NCBI GenBank assembly: GCA_030390025.1
Contig: JASTWF010000033.1
Coordinates: forward strand, 932,001-996,000
Direction of reading: 5' to 3'
Length of the DNA stretch: 64,000 nucleotides
Origin: Squalus acanthias
Lineage: Eukaryota
Shown here piece by piece: positions 1-12,870 of this stretch. The notes under the pieces were generated by a model that saw nothing but the letters and a program-made list of their open reading frames with translations, searched no databases and was not told the DNA's origin. A program made the translations under genes and the position numbers. Each line of letters opens with the position of its first letter. Within the stretch, counting starts at the first letter, position 1.

Positions 1-388
1 GACAGGAAGTGGGAGGCGAGGCGACATTTTAAATGAGCTTGTTAAGCGTCTGTTGACAATATTACATTTCATGATTTCTGGATTTGAAAATCCACTCAGG
101 TAGTGTTTCTGTTTGCCTGGTTTGCAATCCGACTCACTCCCCATAGTCCACATCCACTCAGGAATCCACACCGGGTAGGGTAGATCCAACACCGATCGCC
201 GGAAAACGGTCTGCTGATTGCTCAGCCGGTGGTGAGCCTGCCTTGTTCTGCAGGGCCTGTGAACCTAAGTCGGAAGCACATCGCCGACCAGCGACAGGCT
301 ATCCCTCATCTCCCAATAAAGAATGCGATAGCTGGTCATTCAGAGTGTCCTGCAGTGTAGCGGAACCTGTCTCACCAAATAGTGTGAG

Positions 389-535
389 ACTGGAGTCACA
401 TGTAGTCCAGACCGGATATGCATCTCCGAAGTAATGTTAGTGAGTGTTTGTTATAATAATCCAGCAGCCTCCATGGTCATTTTTTTGGTACCAAATTATT
501 TCATTCTGTTTCACAACTCACCATGGTGAGATTTC
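389..535 (-). mobile_element. Degraded SINE body fragment related to the 3886-4320 family
   Basis: ctggagtcacatgtagtccagacc is the reverse complement of the ggtctggcctatatgtgactccag block of that SINE. Confidence 0.5.
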
Positions 536-1043
536 CATTCACCACCTCTGGGTTTCTAGTCAAGTACCACGACCACTTCACAGCCCCCAACTTCATGAAC
601 GGAGCCTTCTTTGTTGCCCTTTTTTGCTGCATTCTCCATTCTGGAGAATAACTCTTGCCGGGTTCTGTTCCACGGGCGTGGGTGCCCTCCATATTTGTGC
701 CAAGACATTGTGCGTGGTCTGGCCTTCCTTTGCTGCAGTCTGATACAATGGAGCCCATTCGCTCCTCTCACCTTACCTGCACGCGCAAGGAGTCAATAGC
801 CAGGAATGTACCATGGGAGTCAGTCGCTGATTGTCCCTCCCTGACCCAGGGCCCACTCAGTAAAGTTGCAGCGTCCAGTGCACCCCGGCTGAGAGTAGGT
901 GATGCACGTTTGTACCGTCATAGGCTTCAGCCCCACACCTTTCAGAGCACTCACCCATCCATTGTGGTCATTTATTGGGCATTATTGAGACACTCCTAAC
1001 ACCGTGTAAGTTTCCGAATTGTTCACTCGTTTTCTGTCTGCAG

Positions 1044-1204
1044 GTGAACAGGCCGATCTGATCTTTGTCTACTTTGACCCGATGGGACAGGCCCTGTGTA
1101 AACGGACCCTGAACGTGGTGGAAATGTTGAACGAAAAACACGGCGATAAACTGAAGTTCTACCTGAGCAAAGCCGATGAAGCTGGTCATGAGAGTGACAG
1201 ACAC
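1044..1204 (+). pseudogene. Exon A: GEQADLIFVYFDPMGQALCKRTLNVVEMLNEKHGDKLKFYLSKADEAGHESDRH
   Basis: Acceptor ttttctgtctgcag; weak donor CAC|gtacag; phase-0 end fits the next exon; xKxD GTPase G4-like motif. Confidence 0.85.
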
Positions 1205-1699
1205 GTACAGAGAGAGTTCACTTTATTGCAACTGAGAGTCCCCTTCGTGGCTGGATTTGCAAATTCCGTGATTTGATCACGGTGCTCAGTGAAAAGTGCG
1301 GCCAATTAATACAAGGCAGATGCGATGTGGAATCGATGCGTACAATGAGATTCTTTATAAACATCGCCCCGAATCTTTCCTCCTACACACACATTAAGGT
1401 GTTCCTTTTGAATGAGTGAAGAGTACTATTAAAAAGTCCCACCCAACTTATTAAATGAATAAGGGTTCCGCAATTGAAAGTCATACATTTTGTCCTTATT
1501 GTAATATAATTCCTTGAGTTGATATTGTTATTTATAATTAAATAGTAAAGCTTACTGCAATTTGGAAAGTTGATTTTGTTGACGCTTCTTGCACATTTTC
1601 TGCCGGAGATACTCCGGAGCGGGGAGACATAAACGTGAGACGCTACAGCGCCACCACAGGCGGGGCATAGTTACAGATGGTTCTGCAGTTTCCAGTATA

Positions 1700-2290
1700 A
1701 ACTTGGACCAAGGAATTTTTAAATGGAGAATGTGACAACAGGAAGTTAGGTTTTGTAGACAGGAAGTACACGCAGGCATAAGGTTTTGAAAAGGTCGTAG
1801 ATAAGAAAAGGATTAACACTTGCAATAGTTGTCTGTTGCAATATCTGACAACGTGATTTGAATCCAGCGTTGGAATGCTTTGCATGATAACAGAGCAAAT
1901 TTCCAGATCCTAATATTCTAGGTATAAGGTTTTGAGAGGCTTTTCAAACCTTATCAATAACTGTACACCATCCTGACTGTACACCTGGACAGGATTGACA
2001 GCACAGGCAGCATTCGTGGAGTGGTATGAACACAAAGTATAGTAACAGAGCTCCGGAATCAGATTAGCAACGCATTTAAAATAATTATTGGAGCGCAATG
2101 GAGGTCGCACAAAACAGATACCAGTCTGGACTCTATGGGACAGATTGGGGTCTGGTTGTCCAGGAGTAGCAATCCAAATGTCGGGATTTAAACAACAACC
2201 ACAGCAAGATGTGCCATTGAATTCAATAAAATATAATAATCTCTGGACTGGGGCCAAAGGAAATTATGATGAATTTTGCTGAAGTTCAGG
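1700..2290 (+). mobile_element. Old degraded CR1-type LINE RT fragment
   Basis: Decayed similarity to CR1 RT nucleotide motifs (ttttcaaacc..., gtggtatgaacacaaagtatagtaacagag); boundaries approximate. Confidence 0.4.
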
Positions 2291-3194
2291 AGGAGGTAAT
2301 GGATCCTCTCTCAGGATTTGATGAATCTGGTAGTTTCGGCTAACCTTCATTCCTTAATTAAAGCCACGAAAAGGACAGATTAACTGGTCATTTATCTCAA
2401 CCTCAAGATTGTTCTATAAACTCAACTGGTGCCATAATGTCCTTTAGGGAAAGAAGCCTCCCCCATCTACCTGGTTTGGATTACAGAAAACTCCAGTTCC
2501 GGATAGATTTCGACTTTGTACGATACAGTAAAATGTGTAATAGCGCGTCGTCCGAATGTCGTTCATCACCCCCGACTTTTAGTTTCATTGAATTCAATGG
2601 AAGTACAAAATCACCGGTTTTACGCTATCGCACTCATTCAAAATATACTCCGACGTGCTAAATCTTAATGCCCCCATCGCAACCCAGGATGGGCAACAAA
2701 TGCAGCTACACTGCGAGAGCAAATTTACAAAGTGATCCCGTAAAGACACTCAGAGATATGAAACTTGGGGGCAGAATGTAATGCATGAAAGCTGTTAACG
2801 CAGATTTTGCTACTTCTACTCCTTTTTCAGCAGTTAGATCGTCCAATTATCCCCCTATTCTCAGCAAAATAAAGCAGCAAAAGCAATGATTCCTAATAGG
2901 GTGTGAAATAGGAAACAAAAAGCTTATTTTGGGTTCAATGCCTCTATCGAAATAAAGGATCTGAATCAGCAAACTGTGTTTCTTAATCTAATTATTTTTG
3001 AAGCTGCTTTGCGTCTCCAGAATTACCTGCTTTGTTCCACGTTTTAAGTATAGTCTTTGTAAATCATTGACTTAAGATGAAATACCAAATTTACAGATCC
3101 AAAGTAGCATTTTGAGATCGATAGCGGAGCAGTGCACTGATTGCCTTTACCAATATCTCACATATTGCACAGGCGGCTCTCATTTATTCCTAAA

Positions 3195-3590
3195 CACTCG
3201 CCTCGGAATCTGAAGACCACCGGTTCATGACTCATTCTAGAAGTTATGTCCATAATCTAGGCTAACGCCCAGTGCAGTGCTGGGCGAGTACTGCCATGTG
3301 GGAGCTATCATCTTTTGGATCAGAAGTTAAACTGAAGCCTCTTCTGCTTGTTCAGGTGAACGTAAAAATACTCTGGCACTATTTGAAGAAGGTAGTGATA
3401 TTGGCGAATATTCATTCCTTAATCAACGCCACTAAAAATAACTTAAGTGGTCATTTATCTCAATACCGTTTGCAGGAAATTGCTTTGTTGCTGCGTTTGC
3501 CTGAAATTAACAATGACTGTACTTCTGCAGTTGATTAACTATGAAGTGGTTCGGGACTTTCTGATGATTTGAAATGCTCTATAACAGTAG
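3195..3590 (+). mobile_element. Degraded DeuSINE-like SINE
   Basis: Recognised blocks ataatctaggct, cagtgcagtgctg, gttcaggtgaacgtaaaa..tggcactatttgaagaag, plus an L2-like tail. Confidence 0.6.
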
Positions 3591-3678
3591 GATTAATTTA
3601 TTTCTGATGGGATGTTGTTTACTGATGTCCGGACATGTACTGAGATTTATAGTGGAATATGTTTGTGTCATTCCTCAG

Positions 3679-3777
3679 AGAGTGATGATGCAGATAGTGC
3701 AAGAGCTGTGCAAGAGACCCGGGCTGAACAAATGTGGCTTTGATATGCCGACCATCTACATCCCAGATCCCAACAAG
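3679..3777 (+). pseudogene. Exon B: RVMMQIVQELCKRPGLNKCGFDMPTIYIPDPNK
   Basis: Acceptor cattcctcag; donor AAG|gttggg; 99 nt, phase 0/0. Confidence 0.85.
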
Positions 3778-3885
3778 GTTGGGCCGTGTTTCCTCAAAGT
3801 TAAACAGGAATGTAAAGTGCTCACAGAAACAACGCCCTGTAGACGCAGCACGCGTGGCTTCCAATGTGCATGTTGGATAAGGAAC

Positions 3886-4320
3886 AGGTAGCATAGTGGT
3901 TATGTTACTGGACTAGAATTCGAAGACAGCTGGACTAATGATACAGAGACGTGAGTTCAGAATCCCATCACAGCAGGTGGGGAATTTAAATTCAGCTAAT
4001 TAAATAAATCTGGAATAAAAAGCTAGTAGCAGTAATTGTAACCACTGAAACTATCGGATTGTAGTCAAATCGCATCTGGTTGACTAATGTCCTTTAGGGA
4101 AGGAAAGCTGCCGCCATTACCTGGTCTGGCCTATATGTGACTCCAGACCCACGGCAATGTGGTTGACTCTTAACTGCTTTAGCAAACCGCAACGAGAAAC
4201 AATAATACTGTAGCGGTTCAAGAAGGCGGCTCACCACCACCTTCTTAAGGGCAATTAGGGTTGGGCAATAAGTGCCGGCCTTTCCAGCAACGCCCACATC
4301 CCAGGAACGAATAAGAAAAA
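3886..4320 (+). mobile_element. tRNA-derived SINE with LF-SINE-like CR1-related tail
   Basis: A-box tagcatagtgg, B-box-like gagttcagaatccc, body cctttagggaaggaaa..gtgactccagacccac, tail ggttcaagaaggcggctcaccaccacc..ggcaattaggg..A-rich end. Confidence 0.8.
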
Positions 4321-4594
4321 GGCTGACAAACTGCCTTCATCAATGGGGTAAATCCACCTGCAGCTAGATAACAATTTCAGTCACGCGGTGCTCCTTGTTG
4401 GGTGCCTGCTGTTAACCAACTTCATAAGTGATTTGAATGAGATGATGCAATGTTAACAGGCCTCCCTAGCAAAATATTTGTGCGTTGGTGTTACCAATTG
4501 TAATAATTTTCTCTTTAGTTGTTCTCAACATACGGGTGGCTCTGGATAAATAGCTTATATTGCCTCCCCCCCCCCCCCCCCCCCCGCTCCTCGA

Positions 4595-4915
4595 AGATGC
4601 CTTGAGGCGATGTCGGGCATTCTCTTTGAATCACTGAAGGCCTTTTGATGCTGGTGCTCCCAGGGTGGCGTCAGGAAAGGAATTTCACGATGTTGACCCA
4701 ATCCGGTGAATAAATGGCGGTATATGTCCCTGTGAGGGTGAAGTGTAGCTTGGAGGGTAAATTGGGGATGTTGGTGTTCCCATTATTCTGCTACTCTTGT
4801 TTTTATTTGCGGTCGAGTTCACGGAGGAGGAAAGTGTTGTCGAAGAAACCTCGGAGAGTTGCTGCAGTACATCCTGTGGACCGTACATTCAGCAGCTGCA
4901 TTGTGTCGGGAGTGC
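4595..4915 (-). mobile_element. Degraded CR1-like LINE 3' fragment
   Basis: Left end resembles the reverse complement of the SINE tail at 4212-4255 and continues into LINE-like sequence. Confidence 0.45.
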
Positions 4916-4959
4916 AGCGTTTAGTAGTGGTTCAAATTAAGGCCGATTTAGGGAATGGT

Positions 4960-5590
4960 CCCAGTGTCGCAGATATCCTTCAATGTGTATCAGTGTAGGC
5001 TGGATAATTTTTATATGAAAAACTCCAGGAATGTGTAGACAATGTAGCGGTACCGGTTAATGGCTGACAGGCAGGGAGGAAACATGATATCATAAACAAT
5101 AAATCATTGACGATCCACAAGCCCTGTTACAAGGACATTGGGGAGGTAAATTTAGATTTAGGTTGTATTTCTGCAATAGTACAATATAAATTAAAAACAC
5201 TCTAACGAGGCTTTGACATGGTTCCGCTTGGGATATTGCAGATCATTTTGGTAGGCATAGATAGTGAGGGTGCAGGAGGAGAGCGATCACAGCGATATCC
5301 ATTCAAAGGGCACTTTATTATTGGGATAGGCTTCATAAATTGAGCTGATTTTCAGAAGAGAAATGTTAGATCGGTGAAGATATCATTGAGGGCTGTAAAT
5401 CGTTGAGGAGATTAAATTCTGCTCAGTTGTATGAGTTACTCGATCCCTGGGAGAACTAGGGACAGTGAGTATAAACCACGGCGACAAAGTGTTAGGTTAG
5501 ACATTCGGGCCCAGAGTCCTCAAACTCTGGAACAGATCACTGAGCCATGCAGTGAATGTAGATTCATCACAGTCCAATCGGAGCAAAACG
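4960..5590 (+). mobile_element. Old CR1-type LINE 3' fragment
   Basis: Decayed CR1 3' motifs (actagggga cagtgagtataaa; caaactctggaacagatcactgagccatgcagtgaatgtaga). Confidence 0.4.
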
Positions 5591-6104
5591 AGTTAGCGAG
5601 TTAGCGGTACAGTTCTGTTATTGGTACGTCACGGGCTAGCTGGAGGACTCATGGTTATTGTACTCTCCTGTAGCTTTGCTCGATTACCTTAGAGGGTCGA
5701 AAACAATAGCCCCGAGTTTTTCCTCAATTTACAACTGTTCTTTTCTCTGTGTTTACCTCTCGCAAAAGACCGTATGACTGGGAGGTGGATGGTGGGGCTT
5801 TGGGGCAGCTGGTGGGAGGTTGATATTCTTAATGGGCTACAACATGCCTGCTTGGGATGAGTATAGGGATCAGAGGACAATTATCAGAGTTTTTCCTGTG
5901 TTCGTTTGTGTATTCTAATATCTAACATCAGCCCCTTTATTGAAAAGTCTGGTAGAAATCAGAAGGAGCAGATGAATGTTGAAAAGAGCAGTAGAGCAGA
6001 ATAATAATGGTCAATCATCGTCAGGTTTGGGTTTCAAAAGCCTGTGTTTTCTATCGCGAAACGAATAGTCACGAGGGCAAGGAACTTCTGCTTTCTGGGG
6101 TCCT

Positions 6105-6258
6105 TAAGGGTAATCTTATCTGTTAGTGATAGAGTTAAACGGGCGATAGCGGATCGACCGTCCTATACAAATCGCCCGATTTCCTTTCCGTTGCAGTTAT
6201 CCGATATCGATCCGATATCGCCAGTTTCACACTATTGGACACACTTAAAATAAACCCC
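6105..6258. mobile_element. Palindromic MITE-like element
   Basis: Imperfect inverted repeat (aaacgggcgatagcggatcg / cgatccgatatcgccagttt) with GGG...CCC ends; related to 10813-11071, 11311-11474 and about 2500-2675. Confidence 0.5.
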
Positions 6259-6446
6259 ATTGTGTTAGTGTCGGAAACAGCGCCCCGAATTCTCAGTTAA
6301 ATATAGGCTGGAGGTAGAGAGATCGCAGAATGATCAGTTATTCATCGATGTGGATAAGAGAATGCACATTGTGTCTTTCGGAATGAGATGCCTCTAATTT
6401 ATCAGTTGGTAGTTCCTATGTCTGTTTGTGTCTTTTGGACTGGCAG

Positions 6447-6592
6447 CCAACACGTTGCGTCAATCAGATCCAAGATGTGTGCACGACAATAGAAAAGACG
6501 GTAAACCGCAGAGTTCAGTAGACGCTGGACCAGCTGGAGAAGGACTGCGAGCTGATCATCCGCACCACCAGGTGCTAGCTCGAGGAGAGCAG
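6447..6592 (+). pseudogene. Exon C: PTRCVNQIQDVCTTIEKTVNRRVQ*TLDQLEKDCELIIRTTRC*LEES
   Basis: Acceptor tcttttggactggcag; donor AG|gtgagg; in-frame TAG at 6519-6521 and 6576-6578. Confidence 0.8.
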
Positions 6593-6744
6593 GTGAGGCT
6601 TTAGTGGGAGTTGTGTTCAGGACAGGTGCAGTAAGACTGGGCAAACAAGGATGGGAATTAATAACATTGTCAGAAATGGTAACAGAAAAAAGTATTATAA
6701 CTGAAGAGGGCATCGGGACAAGGAGACTGGGCTCGATATTCATT

Positions 6745-7027
6745 TCTCAGCTCCTCGAATTCTGGCTTCTTGCACATCTCCGATTTTAATCGCTGCACGA
6801 TTGGCGGCCCTGCCTTCAACTGCCGAGGCTCTAAGGTTTGGAATTCCCTCTCTAAGCCTCGCCACCTCTTTACTTATCTTTCCTCCTTCAAGAGGCTCGT
6901 TAAAAACTACCTCTTTTCATGTGCACTATTATCTCCTTATGTGGCTCGGTGTCAAATTATGTTTGATGCGCCTTGGGACGTTTTACAACATGAAAAGCAC
7001 AATATAAATATAAGCTGTTGTTATTAT
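6745..7027 (+). mobile_element. L2 LINE 3' end
   Basis: TIGGPAFNCRGSKVWNSL-type C-terminal frame, cgccttgggacgttttac..atataaat tail, tgttgttattat repeat. Confidence 0.75.
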
Positions 7028-7164
7028 ATCATGAATATTTAGAGAGGAAAATTGGACTTATTTTCTTCAGCAGCTATTATACTTCAAGATGATCTTATCC
7101 AAGATTTCAAGTTAATGGGGTAGTTGACAAAGATTATTGTGAACTGTTCATAGCAATTTGCTCA

Positions 7165-9401
7165 GAGACTAGGGTCCTGCATTTAAATAAAGGAAACTCC
7201 GATGCTATGAGGCGCGAATTGGCTAGGATGGATTGGGGAACGTTACTTAAAGGGTTGACGGTGGATAGGCAATGGCAAACATTTAATGATCGCATGGATG
7301 AACTACAGAATTTGTTCATCCCTGTTTGGAATAAAAATAAATCTAAAAAGGTGACTCAACCGTGTCTAACAAGGGAAATTGGGGATAGCATAAGATCCAA
7401 GGAGACGACATATAAATTGGCCAGAAAATGCAGCAAACCTGAGGATTGGGAGCAGTTTAGGATTCAGCAAAGGATGACAAAGGGATAATTAAGAGGGGGA
7501 AAATAGAGTATGAGAGTAAGCTTGCTGGGAAAATAAAAACTGACTGTAAAAGCTTCAATAGATATGTGAAGAGAAAAAGATTGGTGAAGTCAAGCGTAGG
7601 TCCCTTGCAGTCAGAATCAGGGGAATTAATAATGGGGAACAAAGAAATGGCTGACCAATTAAATACATACTTTGGTTATGTCTTCATAAAGGAGGACACA
7701 AATAACCTCCCAGAGATGTCGGGGAACATAGGGTCTAATGAGAGGGAAGAACTGAATGAAATCAGTATTTGTTGGAAAATTGTGTTCGGGAAATTGACGG
7801 GACTGAAGGCCGATAAATCACCAAGGACTGATAATCTACATCCGAGGGTACTTAAGGAAGTGGCCCTTGAAATAGTAGATGCATTGCTGGTCATCTTGCA
7901 AAATTATATAATCTCTGGAACAGTTCCCATAGATTGGAGGGTTGTTAATGTAACACCACTATTTAAAAAAGGTGGGAGAGAAAAAACGGGGAATTATAGA
8001 CTGGTAAGCCTTACATCGGTAGTGGGGAAAATGCTGGAGTCCATTAAAAAAGATGTAATAGCAGAGCACTTGGAAAACAGTGACAAGATCGGACAAAGTC
8101 AACATGGATTTACAAAAGGTAAATCATGCTTGACTAATCTACTGCAATTTTTTGAGGATGTAACTGGTAGAATAGATAAGGGAGAGCCAGTTGATGTGGT
8201 GTATTTGGACTTTCAGAAAGCTTTAGATAAGGTCCCGCATAAGAGATTAGCGTGCAATGTTAAAGCACATGGGATTGGGATCAAGGTACTGACTTGGACA
8301 GAGAACTGGTTGTCAGACAGGAAGCAAAAAGTTTGAATAAACGGGTCTTTTTCCGAGTGGCAGGCAGTGACTAGTGGGGTACCGCAGGGATCGGTGCTAG
8401 GACCCCAGTTATTCACAATATATATTAATGATCTAGACAAGGGAGCTTGATGTAATATATCCAAGTTTGCAGAATACACAAAGCTGGGTGTGCGTATGTG
8501 TCGTGAGGAGGATGCAAAGAAACTCCTGTATGATTTGGACAAGTTGGGTGATTGGGCAGATGCATGGCAGATGCAGTATAATGCGGAAAAATGCGAAGTT
8601 ATCCACTTTGGTGGCAAAAACAGGAAGGCAGATTATTATCTGAATGGCAATAGATTGGGAAAATGGGAAGTGCAAGGAGACCTGGGAGTCCTTGTGCACC
8701 AGTCGTTGAAGGTAAGCATGCAGGTGCAGCAGGCGTTAAGAAGGCAAATTGTATGTTGGCCTTCATAGCGAGCGGATTCGAGTACAGGAGCAAGGATGTC
8801 TTGCTGCAGTTGTACAGGGCCTTGGTGAGACCACACCTTGAGTATTGTGTGCAGTTTTGGTCGGCTTATCTGAGGAAGGATGCTCTTGCCAGGGAGGGTG
8901 TGCAGCGAAGATTCACCAGACTGATACCTGGGATGGCAGGAATGACGTATGATGAGAGATTGGGACGATGGGGCTTGTATTCGCTAGTGTTTAGAAGAAT
9001 GAGAGGGGATCTCATTTTTAACTTATAAAATTCTAACAGGACTAGACAGACTAGATGCAGGAAGGATTTTCCCGATGGTGGGGGAGTCCAGAAATAGGGG
9101 TCACAGTCTAAGGATAAGGGGTAAGCAATTTAGGACTGAGATGAGGAGGAATTTCTTCACCCAGAGAGTGGTGAACCTGTGGAATTCTCTACAACAGAAG
9201 GCAGTTGAGGCCAATTCATTAAATATATTCAAGATGGAGTTAGATATATTTCTTAAGGCTAAAGGGATCAAGAGATATGGGGAGAAATCAAGGACTGGGT
9301 ATTGATTGGGATGGTCAGCCATGATCTCATTGAATGGTGGAGCAGGCTCGAGGGGCCGAATGGCCGACTCCTGCTCCTATCTTCTATGTTTCTATGTTTC
9401 T
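7165..9401 (+). mobile_element. 5'-truncated CR1 LINE (ORF2 linker, RT, 3'UTR), inactive
   Basis: Frames with [58 protein letters not shown]; stop at 8334-8336; catalytic motif reads FAEY; (CTATGTTT)n tail. Confidence 0.95.
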
Positions 9402-9689
9402 GTACCAAGCAGGAAAGGTAGAATCGGGGAGTTAGGAGCAAGAACACAAATCGAATGACCCGTTTTATCCGAAGTGAACTGAGATCCTGGAATAATTTTC
9501 CATGGAAGAGAATTGAAGCGAGCAGCACACGGAACCTTGAGTCAGGATTGAAGGATATGTGTGTGAATGCACAAAGAGTTTTAAACAGAGTTGAAGTTGG
9601 AAGCTATAATAATTATGGAGAATAGAATGTTGCTGTAGTTGGAACATATCTTAGATTTAGACTGGCCTTGGAACTTAATATCCTAGGTT

Positions 9690-10320
9690 TCGTCCTTGCC
9701 TCTGCCCATCTGCTGCTGAAACCCTCATTCAGTTATTATTACCCCGAGAGTGGACTCGCCTATTCCAGTGCTCTCCTGGCCGCTCTCCCTTCTTTCACCC
9801 TCCATAATCTTGATCTCATGGTAAATCCTGCGGCCCCTATCTTAACTTGTCACCAAATCCCGTGCACCCATCCCCCCTGTGAGCGCTGACCTATATTGTC
9901 CTCTTGTTCAGCAACACTTCCATTTTAAAATTCTCATCCTCCTGTTCAAATCTCTCCATGGCCTCGCTAATCATATTCTGTAACTTTCTAAAGCCCTACA
10001 ACCGTCTGAGAATTCTGCGTTCCTCCAACTCTGCCCTCTTGTGCATCCCCCACTTTCTTCGCCCCACCATTGGTAGCGGTGCCTTCAGCTGCCTAGGCCC
10101 TAAGATCTGGAAATACTTCCCTAAACCTCTCTACTTCTCCAAATCTCTCTTCCTATAATACAATCCTTAAAACCCACCTCTTTCATTGAGCTTTTGATCA
10201 CTCACCTAATGTATCCTTCTTCGGCTCCGTGTCAATTGTATCTGATTCCGTTCCTGTGAAGCGCCTCGGGACGTTGTACTACGTTAAAGGTGCTATATAA
10301 AGGCAAGTTGTTGCTGCTTT
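9690..10320 (+). mobile_element. L2 LINE 3' fragment
   Basis: RPTIGSGAFSCLGPKIW frame; tail gtgaagcgcctcgggacgttgtactacgttaaaggtgctatataaa..gttgttgctg. Confidence 0.75.
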
Positions 10321-10812
10321 CATGAGAGAAAGGAGCAGCAAAAGGTTCTGGAGTGGCAGTGTTAGTGAATGATTCTGTTACAGCGCTAGGAAACAATGGC
10401 ATCACAGACGTTGCAATGAGAAAGAATTCACATGGACAGGGTTAAGGATAAGGAAGGGCCAAATTACAATTCTCGATGGACATAACAGAACGTTAAACGT
10501 ATGTGATAGAAGGGGAGAACTGCAGCCAGTTCAAAGGATAATGTAAGAACAAGAGCTTAACCATATTGGGAGGTTTTATATATCCCAAGTTTAACAGGAA
10601 TAAACTGAATATGCGTGGTCAAAGTGGAGAACACATATTAGAATGGATCCGGGACTGCTTGTCAGATCAGCATGTTTCAATGCAACAAGGAAAGAAACAT
10701 CGCTTGCTTAAGTTCTGGAGATGTATGTCGGGTAAACAACTGTATTGAGAGTAGGAGAGAAACTTGGAAATAGTGACCACCCATATTGGGAGAAAGGGGC
10801 GCCTCAGAATGT

Positions 10813-11071
10813 TGGCCATTTTAACTCTGGGCAATAATGTAAAACGGATGATATCGGTTGGACCGCTCGTGATAAATCTCACGACATTTTCCTTTCCATT
10901 AAAGTCATTCCGGAGAGATGTCAAACCGGCTGCCGATTCACTATCGCCCGTTTTACACCATAGCACACAGCCAGAATTACTCCCAGGGCAAGGAAAATCG
11001 AACGGGCCTATAATGGGTGGATAAATGGACATCACCCATTGAACACTATCGCCCAGAGTTAAAATTACCCA
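10813..11071. mobile_element. Palindromic MITE-like element
   Basis: Terminal inverted repeats attttaactctgggcaata / tatcgcccagagttaaaat plus internal inverted segments. Confidence 0.6.
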
Positions 11072-11310
11072 CAATGTGAAACTTCAAATGAAGGCGTCTG
11101 ATGAAGTTTGGGGCTAATAGTGTTAAATATAATCGCGTGGAATGTAAAAAGTTTAATGGCGTTTTCAAACTTGAGAATGGAAGCTTTAAAATGGGGTATT
11201 AAGGTGACAACAGGTAGCATAACAGCAAATAATAAGGGCTTTTATAAATACACAAAATTAATCAATTAATTAGAGAGGTTAGGACCTATCAGGAATAAAG
11301 TATGCGGTGG

Positions 11311-11474
11311 TGGGTAATTATAACATTGTGTGATGGTGCAAAATGGACGATATAGAATTATCCGCCCAATATACACCATGAATTGAATCGAAGTGAAAAT
11401 TGGGCGTGGCATAAAATGGCGCCCAATACATTAACGTCCATTTTGCACCCGCGCCCAAAGTTAAAATTGCCCCC
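11311..11474. mobile_element. Palindromic MITE-like element
   Basis: gggtaattataac..ggtgcaaaatggacg pairs with cgtccattttgcacc..gttaaaattgccccc. Confidence 0.6.
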
Positions 11475-11668
11475 ATGGAGTCTAATTGAGATGAATGTAT
11501 GGTAATGATAGCTGAACTCATATATTAAGAAATGATCCAGCTTCGGATCACTGTTGTTGACTCCTGGTGTCCTGCGGTGCTGTGTTTCCATTATTGCACT
11601 GATTTGGTGGACTTGTGGAAGCTGTTTTCCACCAGTTACTGAAGACAATGATTCTGATTCCATTTCAG

Positions 11669-11840
11669 TGAACAGGCATCTCAGAACAGGAAAGCCTGGA
11701 TCAAGCGCATGTTCTTCTGCTCCTTGACATACCTGGCACCACTCTCACTGCTGACAAGTTTTATCATTTCCAACACATCAAGAGAAAGCCTCGCTGATAT
11801 AATGGGAGAGCACTTGGCCCACATTTCGCTGATCTGGTCG
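11669..11840 (+). pseudogene. Exon D: EQASQNRKAWIKRMFFCSLTYLAPLSLLTSFIISNTSRESLADIMGEHLAHISLIWS (first hydrophobic segment)
   Basis: Acceptor ccatttcag; phase-2 start fits exon C; open frame; expected donor reads TCG|atatga (GT>AT inferred). Confidence 0.7.
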
Positions 11841-11929
11841 ATATGACTCTCTTTTAATATCCTGAGTCTAACCAATGAATATCTGACAGTGTTAGGCGTC
11901 TATGTGTTTGATTGGACTGCGTAGATGGA

Positions 11930-12870
11930 TCACTATTCCATATCCCGATCTGTACCTGTCCCTTGTGTCTTTGAGGAGAAAATACAGAGGACCTTTACTG
12001 TGTATCGAACCCGTATTCTCCCAAACATAGGAGAGGTTTATGGAACAGTGTATAAAGAGCTTTACTCTGTATCTAACACGTGCTATACCTTCCCTGGGAG
12101 CTTTTGATGGGACATTGTAGCGAAAGCTTCAAACTGTATCTAACCTGCGCTTTACCTGCCGTGTGAGTGTTTAATGGGACAGTATAAATGGAGCTTTACT
12201 CTGTATCTAACCTGTGCTATACCTGCCCTGGGAGGTTTTAATGGGAAATAGTAGCGAAAGCTTCAAACTGTATCTAACCTGTGCTGTGCCTGCTCTGGGA
12301 GTGTTTAATGGGACAGTGTACATGGAGCCTTACTCTGTATCTGACGCATGTATTATCTGAACCATACTGTACCTTACCTCGTGTTAGTTAATGTGAGTGT
12401 TAGATTGGGCATTGTACAGGACGTTTTATTCTGTATGTGACGCATGCTGCACCTTCCCTGGGAGTGTTGGATGGGATGTTGTAGCAGGTGCTTTACTCCG
12501 TATATAACCATTGCTGTACCTACCCTGGGTGTGTTTTATGGAACAGTATAGATGGAGCTTTACTCTGTATCTGACGCTTGCTTTATCTAAACCTTACTGT
12601 CTATAACCTGACGGTAGTTGATGTTTGCTTTTGATGGGATATTGAAGAGGGAGTTCTGCTCTGTATCTGACCAGTGCCGTACTTGACCTGGAAATATTAA
12701 ATGGGACATTGTAGAGGGAGCTTTACTTTGTATCTAACCCGTGCTGTACCTGCCCTATGTGTGTTTGATGGGATAGTGTAGAGGCAGATTTACTTTGTAT
12801 CTAACCCGTGTTGTACCTGTCCTATGTGTGTTTGATGGGACAATGTAGTGGAAGGTTTACTGTGTGTCAT
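11930..12870 (+). repeat. Degenerate 67-bp minisatellite (approx. CTGTATCTAACCCGTGCTGTACCTGCCCTGGGAGTGTTTGATGGGACAGTGTAGAGGGAGCTTTACT)
   Basis: tgtatctaac recurs at 12068, 12135 and 12202 (67-bp period); two longer variant units near 12350 and 12570. Confidence 0.9.

Noticed and set aside
3886..3975. tRNA gene (also at 14569)
   Set aside because: The A/B boxes belong to SINE/LINE heads and continue into repeat bodies; no clean cloverleaf or terminator.
4566..4585. Poly-C run as a regulatory G-quadruplex
   Set aside because: An isolated homopolymer beside a decayed LINE end, with no supporting context.
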